IMG/VR virus record: IMGVR_UViG_3300031853_000008
Span: 1-64,000 of that record
Length of the DNA: 64,000 bases
DNA from: a virus
Taxonomy: Duplodnaviria; Heunggongvirae; Uroviricota; Caudoviricetes
Reading direction: 5' to 3' (one strand)
A model generated the notes under the pieces. That model had not been told where the DNA came from and did no database searches. It was given only the letters and a program-made list of their open reading frames with translations. The position numbers and the translations under genes are program-made. Below, one piece after another: positions 57,472 through 64,000 of the stretch (positions within the stretch are counted from its first letter, which is position 1; each line of letters opens with the position of its first letter).

Positions 57472-57655
57472 GGTTAAAGACTCACAGCCGAAACCATCGA
57501 CCCCGACTAGAACGATTACGGTTAATACAGTGAACCTTAATAATGGGGTTCTTGAAGATGAAGACGGTCCCATTATTGACAGGATTATTGATTCTCTCCC
57601 TGAGAACGCCACGGATTTTACTGTAAAGGTAATGATTCCGCTTAATGAGACATAA
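57464..57655 (+). CDS. hypothetical protein (63 aa)
   Basis: ATG overlaps the end of the ClpP-like gene. Confidence 0.4.
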   Translation: MLKVKDSQPKPSTPTRTITVNTVNLNNGVLEDEDGPIIDRIIDSLPENATDFTVKVMIPLNET

Positions 57656-57758
57656 GGGGGATAAACCATTGGGCTATTCATATGATAAGAGAGACGATTA
57701 GAATGAACTCCAGTACATTTGGCGGCTCTGCCATTCAAAGGATGACGGATTAATTGAC

Positions 57759-58874
57759 ATGACGTGGGTCGAACTTGCGGATGTCATGAACCGTAATCTC
57801 CGGGAAGACGGTCAGTATTGGTCGGAGTCAGCTTATCGGAAGAAATATCAAGAAGCGAAAGCTTTTTATGATGAAGTATTTTCTAAGCAGACGAGTGATG
57901 ATGAGTCCTCTTCTCTCATAAACGAGAGACATGAACTTGAAAAGGAAACCGTGCGAGTTCGTGACGAGAGGAATGAGCTTCGCCGACTGCTTAGAGAACA
58001 AGCCCGGAATGAATCCTTTATAGATCAGCTGGTAAGGATGATTAAAGAGCATACCACTCCAGAAATGGATACAGGAGATATTCCTGTAATAAAAGATGAA
58101 GGGATTAATGCTATGCTCGTCCCTATCACAGATATCCATACTGGGATGAATTCCGATAATTACTGGAATTATTTTGATGACGATGTGCTTGAAGCGAGAT
58201 TGAGTGATTATCTTACAAAGGTTGTAGAAATAGGGAAAAGGCATAATGTGTCTTACGTTCATGTAGTAATTTCTGAAGTTATTTCTGGATATATCCACCC
58301 GACTCTTCGCATCGAATCGAATAAAGATGTTATAGAACAGTTTCTAACTATCATGGATTATCTTACTCAGTTTCTGATCAAACTGAATAAAGAATTCCCC
58401 CATATTTATGTATATTGCGTTCCGGGCAATCACAGTCGGATGACTCCAAACAAGAAGGAAAGCGTTGAACATGAGAATATTGATATTCTTGCTATTCCTA
58501 TGTTGTCTGCGAGATTACAGAATTATCATGGAATCGAGTTTGCAACGAAAGATAATGAGATCGATTCTTCAATAATCAAGTTCTGGGTCAACGACAGACT
58601 TGTATTGGCCGTGCATGGAGATAAAGATAATCCTGATAACATGGTAGAAAAGCTTACTATGATGGTAGGTATTCAGCCGGATATTATCCTTTGTGGGCAT
58701 AGACACACAAATGGGGTAAAAACGGTTTATGATACAAAGATTATTCAATCTGGGTCATTATCGGGTACAGACCAGTATTGTGTTGATCACAGATTGAAGA
58801 ATCGTCCAGAGCAATTCGTTGCCGTCGTTGGAAGCGATGGCGTGGATTGTCTTTATGATGTCAAGTTTGATTAA
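57759..58874 (+). CDS. SbcD/Mre11-like metallophosphoesterase with N-terminal coiled coil
   Basis: ITDIHTG, CVPGNHS and GHRH phosphoesterase motifs. Confidence 0.6.
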   Translation: MTWVELADVMNRNLREDGQYWSESAYRKKYQEAKAFYDEVFSKQTSDDESSSLINERHELEKETVRVRDERNELRRLLREQARNESFIDQLVRMIKEHTTPEMDTGDIPVIKDEGINAMLVPITDIHTGMNSDNYWNYFDDDVLEARLSDYLTKVVEIGKRHNVSYVHVVISEVISGYIHPTLRIESNKDVIEQFLTIMDYLTQFLIKLNKEFPHIYVYCVPGNHSRMTPNKKESVEHENIDILAIPMLSARLQNYHGIEFATKDNEIDSSIIKFWVNDRLVLAVHGDKDNPDNMVEKLTMMVGIQPDIILCGHRHTNGVKTVYDTKIIQSGSLSGTDQYCVDHRLKNRPEQFVAVVGSDGVDCLYDVKFD

Positions 58875-58878
58875 CATT

Positions 58879-58974
58879 AAGACCCGAACAGCAAATTTAC
58901 AGGATAAATTATGATGACATTGAACGGATATGAACTTGGTTCGTCCCCGTTCTTTCCCTTTTTTGGGTCTTGCG
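58879..58974 (+). promoter_or_regulatory. conserved leader element copy L1 upstream of the late operon
   Basis: TTAAGACCCGAACAGCAAA ... TTTTTTGGGTCTTGCG. The termini match L2 and L3 and are mutually complementary. Confidence 0.4.
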
Positions 58975-58997
58975 CCATGATTAAGGAGGGAAGCTAT

Positions 58998-60052
58998 ATG
59001 GCTTTTTTGAAAAAAGTCCTGCCATAGCAGGAAATGAAAAGGCTTACCCTCAAGCCCCTAAGAGAACAATATACTGCTTTGGGGTAGGCTTATAACAAAA
59101 TTATGAATTATGAACTTCCTTATTGTGTCAAATGTGGGACATTTGGAAGTGCTACTCTCTTCTATCAAGATAGCAGATTTGCGAATGGGTATTTCCCTAT
59201 TTGCAAAAAATGTATTATGAAAATGGTATAGAACAGATAGAAGGATGATGATGAACCACACGAAACGAAGGAATCCGTTGCTAAAGTATTGAAAATGATG
59301 GATCTTCCGTTCTTGGAAGACCTTTATGATTCTTGTGTAAAGGCTATTGAGGACGGAACTGAAAAGCGAGGGTCTAAATCTTCGTTTATTAATTATGTGT
59401 CCGCTATCCGTTCTCTCCCACAGTATCATCGTTTAACGTGGAAAGATTCTGATTATATTTCCCAAGAGAAGGAAATTGAGAACGACGCTGATAATGAGGA
59501 TATTCTTGAAAAAGCGAGAGAACATTTTGGAACAACTTATACTAATCAAGATTTGAAATTCCTTTAGACTCAATATGAAGACTGGACTGCCAGATATGCC
59601 TGTGAAAGTAAAGCACAGTAGATTTTGTTCCAGAGGGTATGCTTTATCCAATTAGCACTGGACAAGGCTCAAAAATCTGGGAAAGAAACGAAAGATCTTG
59701 ATAAACAGCTTCAGGATGTGTTGACATCGCTTCAGATTAAACCTAATCAGAGTAACTCTAATGCTCTTACGGAAGCAAAGACGTTTAGCCAGCTTATTGA
59801 GAAGTGGGAAGCTTAGAAACCTCTCCCTGAAATATAGGATGATTTTAAGGATGTTGATCATGTTGGGAGATATATTGATGTGTTCTTTAAAGGACATCTA
59901 TCCAAAATGATGGGGCTTAAGAATGCGTTTTCTTCTATGTATGATAAATTCATGAAAAAATATACTGTTAAGAAGCCGGAATATGATGAGGATACCGACT
60001 CTGAAGAATTGTTTGATAAAATATTTGGCAATCCTGTGGAGAATAGGTCATG
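58998..60052 (+). CDS. late protein with N-terminal zinc ribbon (candidate small terminase subunit); 8 in-frame TAG codons
   Basis: ATG with TTAAGGAGGG RBS. A single frame runs 58998 to 60052. Every interruption is TAG and the final stop is TGA. Confidence 0.45.
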
Positions 60053-60115
60053 AGTGACGCTAAGAAATCTGTTAAATAGATAGAGAAAACCAAATAGCGT
60101 AAAATAATGTAGACG

Positions 60116-61813
60116 GTGGCTTGGAGAGCAAGCTACTATCGTGAAAATCCTCATCGATTCGTTTCTGAAGTATTATTCCCAGATGGAACTTTTAAGTTGA
60201 AATTGTTTCAAAAGATTCTTCTTTGGGCAATGATGCACTACAACTTTATTATGTACTTGGCGGCGCGCGGCCAGGGGAAAACGATGATAACTGCGTTGTT
60301 TTGTGTCGTGAGATGTATCTTATATCCGGGGACAAAGATAATTGTAGTAAGCGGTACGTTGAAACAAGCGAATGAATTGCTGTTAAAGATACAAGATGAA
60401 TTTATGCCGAAATCACCATTCCTATGTAATGAAATATAGTCTTGTAAAATTGGGCAGAATGACGCATCAATTTATTTTCGAGGAAATTCATGGATTAAAA
60501 CTCGCACAAGCACTTAGAACTCTCGTTCCGCAAGAGCAAATATTCTTATAGCGGATGAGTTTCGCATGATAGATTAGAAGATATTGAACACAGTTCTTCG
60601 AAAGTTTCTGACAAGCCCTCGTGAACCTGGATATTTGAATAACCCAGAATATACTCATTTAAAGGAACGCAATAAGGAAATTTATATGAGTTCTGCGTGG
60701 TTTAAGTCATCTTGGGCATATGAAAAGGCTATTGGATATACTAAGAATTTTTTCGATGATACAAAGAAATATTTTATCTGCGGGCTTCCATATCAGTTAT
60801 CTATTATGGAGGGCTTGCTTATGAAAGAACAAGTGCAGGATGAGATGAGCTAGCCGGATTGGAATGATTTATTGCAGTCGATGTAGATGGAATGCACCTG
60901 GATAGGTGATGTTGGAGATAATTTATTTCATTTTGATGATTTCAATAATAGACGGGTATTGAAGAGTTCTTTTCTTCCATTGAAATATTATAATGATAAT
61001 AGAAAAGTGCCATAGCCTCATTCAAAAGGGAAAAGGGTATTATCTCTTGATGTAGCTTTAATGAAATCATCAAAGTCTAAAAAAAATGATGCCTCAGCAT
61101 TATTCATTAACGATCTTACACCATCTACTAATACGAGTTATCATTCAAATATCGTTTATGCTGATACATTCGAGGGGTTAACAACTGACTAGCTTGGCTT
61201 AATTGTGATGAGATATTTTTATAAATATAAATGTACTGATTTAGTTATAGATACCAACGGTATCGGTTTAGGTGTCTATGACTTTTTATGTCGTGATCAA
61301 TATGACCCATCGACTGGGGAAACCTATCAAGCTATGACTTGTGCTAATGATCCAGATATGGCTGAGAGATGTCGTGTATAGGGGGCTAACAAGGTTATTT
61401 GGAGTGTAAAAGCAACCGCTTCATTTAACAATGATATTACTATTTTGCTCCGTAATGCTATATTAAATGGACGGATTAGCTTTCTTATATCTTAGGATGA
61501 TGCGGATGAGCCACTCAAAGATAAGCTTAAAGGATATGCAAAGCTGACCCCAACGGAACAAGCATTGTTAAAGAAACCTTACGCTCAGACAACTATGACA
61601 GAGTATGAACTCATAAAACTCAACCACTAGGTAAAGAATGGCAATATTAAAGTTTATTAGAGTTCTGGAATGCGCAAGGATCGCTACAGTTCATTATCGT
61701 ATAATTATTGGTGTGCGACTCAGCTTGAACTTAAGCTACGACCTAAAGAGTCACACGACAAACTTATCAGTTACTTTCCGATAAGGAAAGCAAGAGTTTA
61801 TAAATCATTTTAA
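60116..61813 (+). CDS. terL: terminase large subunit; 11 in-frame TAG codons
   Basis: GTG start. Walker A AARGQGKT, Walker B ILIADEF, nuclease-domain motif VIDTNGIGLGVYD, C-terminal KDRYSSL. One frame throughout, with interrupting stops only TAG (60437, 60515, 60575, 60851, 60884, 61013, 61184, 61379, 61493, 61628, 61658). Terminates at TAA. Confidence 0.75.
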
Positions 61814-61825
61814 GGAGGTGCATGA

Positions 61826-63376
61826 ATGCCACAAAATAGTGATAAGGTGTCAACTGCACCTACTAAGAAACAGCCTACTTCTGCGGAACTTCGCAAATGG
61901 TATGCGAATTATTCAAAGAAACAATAGAATTTTGATTCTATGAAAAATGCTTTGAAACGGCTTACTGATATTACGAAAAGTAGAAAAGAAAGAACTATTA
62001 ATACATTCTCAAAAGAGGATCTCAGAACTTATCTGAGAAATATAAGTTCCAGTGAAAAGCAGTTAAGAAATCTTTCGAGATATCTGTACTACCGTTCTCA
62101 TAGTTATTATAGAATCATTAACTATTATGCCAATATGTTTGACCTAAAAGCAAGGTCGGTTATTCCTACATATGATTTCACAAAAAATAAACAGGATGCG
62201 AAGAAGGTCACAAAACAGTTCTATACGACTTTGACTTATCTAGATCAAATGAACCTTCAGTATGAGTTCCTTAAAATATATCTCACTTGTTATAGGTAGG
62301 ATGTATTCTATGGTTGCCTGTACTGGGATGATACCGACTTCTTTATTCTCCCGTTGGACCCGGATTTTTGTAAAATTTCTGGCGTTTATGGGACAGGAGA
62401 CTTTTCATTCGCTTTCGACTTCTCCTATTTCAGAAATAGACAGGACGTTCTCGAATACTGGGGTGAGCCATTCCAATCTATGTATAACACATATGAGAAT
62501 GATACCACCAACAATAGGTGGCAGGACTTCCCGGAAGAATACTCTGTTTGCTTGAAAGCAAGGGCATAGGATTGGCAGACCGTAGTGCCCCCGTTCTCAG
62601 GGCTTTTTAATGAGATTATCAATCTTGAGGATCTGAAAGATATTCAGGCGGTGGCAGATGAGTCGCAGATTTACAAGCTTCTCTGGTTCGAACTTAAAAC
62701 CATCACAGGGTCGAAAGATGTTAATGATTGGGCGGTTGATCCAGACCTTGCTTTGGATTATTACGATAAACTTCAGAATGAGATTCCTGAGTGGGCTGAT
62801 GTTGCGATGGTTCCTGGGGAACTCAAGTCTATCGAGTTCAATCAAGACCAGGCGGATGATACAAACAAGGTATAGAAAGCTACTGAAAGTGTATTCAATA
62901 CTTCCGGCGGAGCGCAGATTCTTAATGCTGCTTCTATCTCTGGGACAACAGCTTTTACTGCCGCGATTGCGTCTGATACTGAATTTGCCGTTTCTCTCCT
63001 GTTGCCACAGACTTAGGCTTGGGTGAATCGTATGCTTTCGTATAAGATGAATAACCCCGCAAAGGTGAAATTCTTTGAGATAAGCATCTATACGAGAGAT
63101 AAGTTAAGAGATGCTCTTCTCAAGTCGAGTCAGTTCGGGCTTCCAAATAAACTTGCCATTAATACCCTGTTTGGATATTCCGAGAAAGATACAATGGCGA
63201 TGAATTTCCTTGAAGAGAATTGCTTGCAAGTCAGCACTAAATTTACTCCACTCCAGTCTTCCTATACAAGGAGTGCGGATGTTGACACAGATTCTATTAC
63301 AGGGGGAAGACCATCTAGCACATAGATAACAGATGACGGTGAAGCAAGCAAAGATAAGAGGGATAATGCGAAATGA
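61826..63376 (+). CDS. portal/connector-like late protein; 6 in-frame TAG codons
   Basis: AAGGAGG RBS. Four listed ORFs (61940, 62354, 62585, 63023) plus flanks are all in frame 2, joined by TAG only. Terminates at TGA. Confidence 0.5.
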
Positions 63377-63549
63377 CGAAAAAGAATCTTTTTATCGTAA
63401 CAGATAATGCGGATACTGCTAATGAACTTCTCAATGAAGACCTTAAGCTTATTACATTTGAAGACGGTTATTGGTATTTTATTAACAATAATAAATTAAA
63501 TTTTGACGGGATGCAAGATGTCTCCTATACGGATATTTTGAGATTCTGA
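63373..63549 (+). CDS. small hypothetical protein (58 aa)
   Basis: ATGA overlap with the portal-like gene stop. Confidence 0.3.
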   Translation: MTKKNLFIVTDNADTANELLNEDLKLITFEDGYWYFINNNKLNFDGMQDVSYTDILRF

Positions 63550-63574
63550 TTCCGTCAGGAAGGAGAATGTCACC

Positions 63575-64000
63575 GTGAAGAGGATTCTTACTCTCTAGGA
63601 TTTAGTGGCTCTTTGTAGCTAGAATAAATTTTCTACATTTGATTCTGAAAAAGCTGGATTTCAGCTTTGTGTTCATGTCCCCGCGGTTTTCGAAAATACA
63701 GAATCTGACGAGCATACTCTGTATGGATATGTCAAACTTATGCATACGGGAAAAAACCGAAATGGTTCTAATCTAACAGAGGAGGCGGCAAAAAACTGCC
63801 TTTCTTCTATTGCATATAAGCCACTTCTTGCAGATTTTTGTGAAATTGATGGCGTAGAGGACTTTACTTCTCACGCTTTTCATGAAGATTAGGATGGAAA
63901 TATCGTATATGATGAGCGTCAAGTCGGAGCATTTACTGCTGACCCACCGGAATTAAAGGAAGATGGCGAGCATCCAGATCGCAAATATGTTTTTGCGAAA
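63575..64000 (+). CDS. late protein, 3' partial, at least 3 in-frame TAG codons
   Basis: GTG start with AGGAGA RBS. The frame continues to the window end through TAG codons only. Confidence 0.4.

Noticed and set aside
57025-57738. 237-aa minus-strand ORF
   Set aside because: Antisense to the ClpP-like gene.
60116-63325. The eight 60-120 aa ORFs of the six-frame track between 60116 and 63325 as independent small genes
   Set aside because: They are collinear in a single frame per gene and are separated only by TAG codons. Together they form terL and a portal-like gene.
1-64000. CRISPR arrays, rRNA genes, transposases or IS elements
   Set aside because: No direct-repeat/spacer periodicity, rRNA-like segments or transposase-like ORFs were seen. 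The only mobile-type elements are the group I introns, the HNH ORF and the integrase.

Overview
This window is an AT-rich, gene-dense phage or prophage segment of Firmicutes (Clostridia-like) type with no obvious host genes. It has three parts.

(i) From about 45.06 kb down to 1, a minus-strand early block covers replication, nucleotide metabolism and anti-restriction. It contains an intron-split dnaE, a T7-type primase-helicase, SSB, a Rad52-like annealase, a Cas4-like nuclease, an intron-split nrdD plus nrdG, ThyX, dUTPase, Dam- and Dcm-type methyltransferases, a PLD-family nuclease, ArdA, a tyrosine integrase with cargo genes, an SPFH protein, and DUF551 paralog arrays. Transcription runs from sigma70-like promoters that share a TTGACA-N17-TATAAT signature.

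(ii) A 1.5-kb non-coding divergent control region (45.06-46.58 kb) carries palindromes and a hairpin with a T-run.

(iii) A plus-strand block (46.58-64 kb) holds a helicase-like NTPase, more DUF551 paralogs, a large gene split by two group I introns, HU, PhoH, then late genes: a ClpP-like protease, an SbcD-like phosphoesterase, a candidate small terminase, terL and a portal-like gene.

Four further points stand out.

1. TAG (amber) is used as a sense codon in a subset of genes. Every apparent break in the terminase, portal, upstream late gene, ClpP-like gene, the intron-borne HNH gene and the Cas4-like N-terminus is a TAG in the original frame. The phage also encodes a 72-nt tRNA with a CUA anticodon.

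2. An Rsr/Ro60 homolog (TROVE + vWA domains) lies next to a tRNA-mimic, Y-RNA-like element.

3. There are four group I introns: one in dnaE, one in nrdD that carries an HNH endonuclease gene, and two in a large gene of unknown function.

4. A conserved ~70-90 nt leader element occurs three times, before the late operon, before the rsr operon, and before the gene preceding the suppressor tRNA. It may tie expression of the recoding machinery to late transcription.

Other notable items are two paralogous C5-MTase-fold proteins that keep the catalytic PC/ENV motifs but lack the glycine-rich SAM loop, a decayed multi-TRD C5-MTase, a candidate R-M pair, and a GC-rich island that could be a structured RNA.
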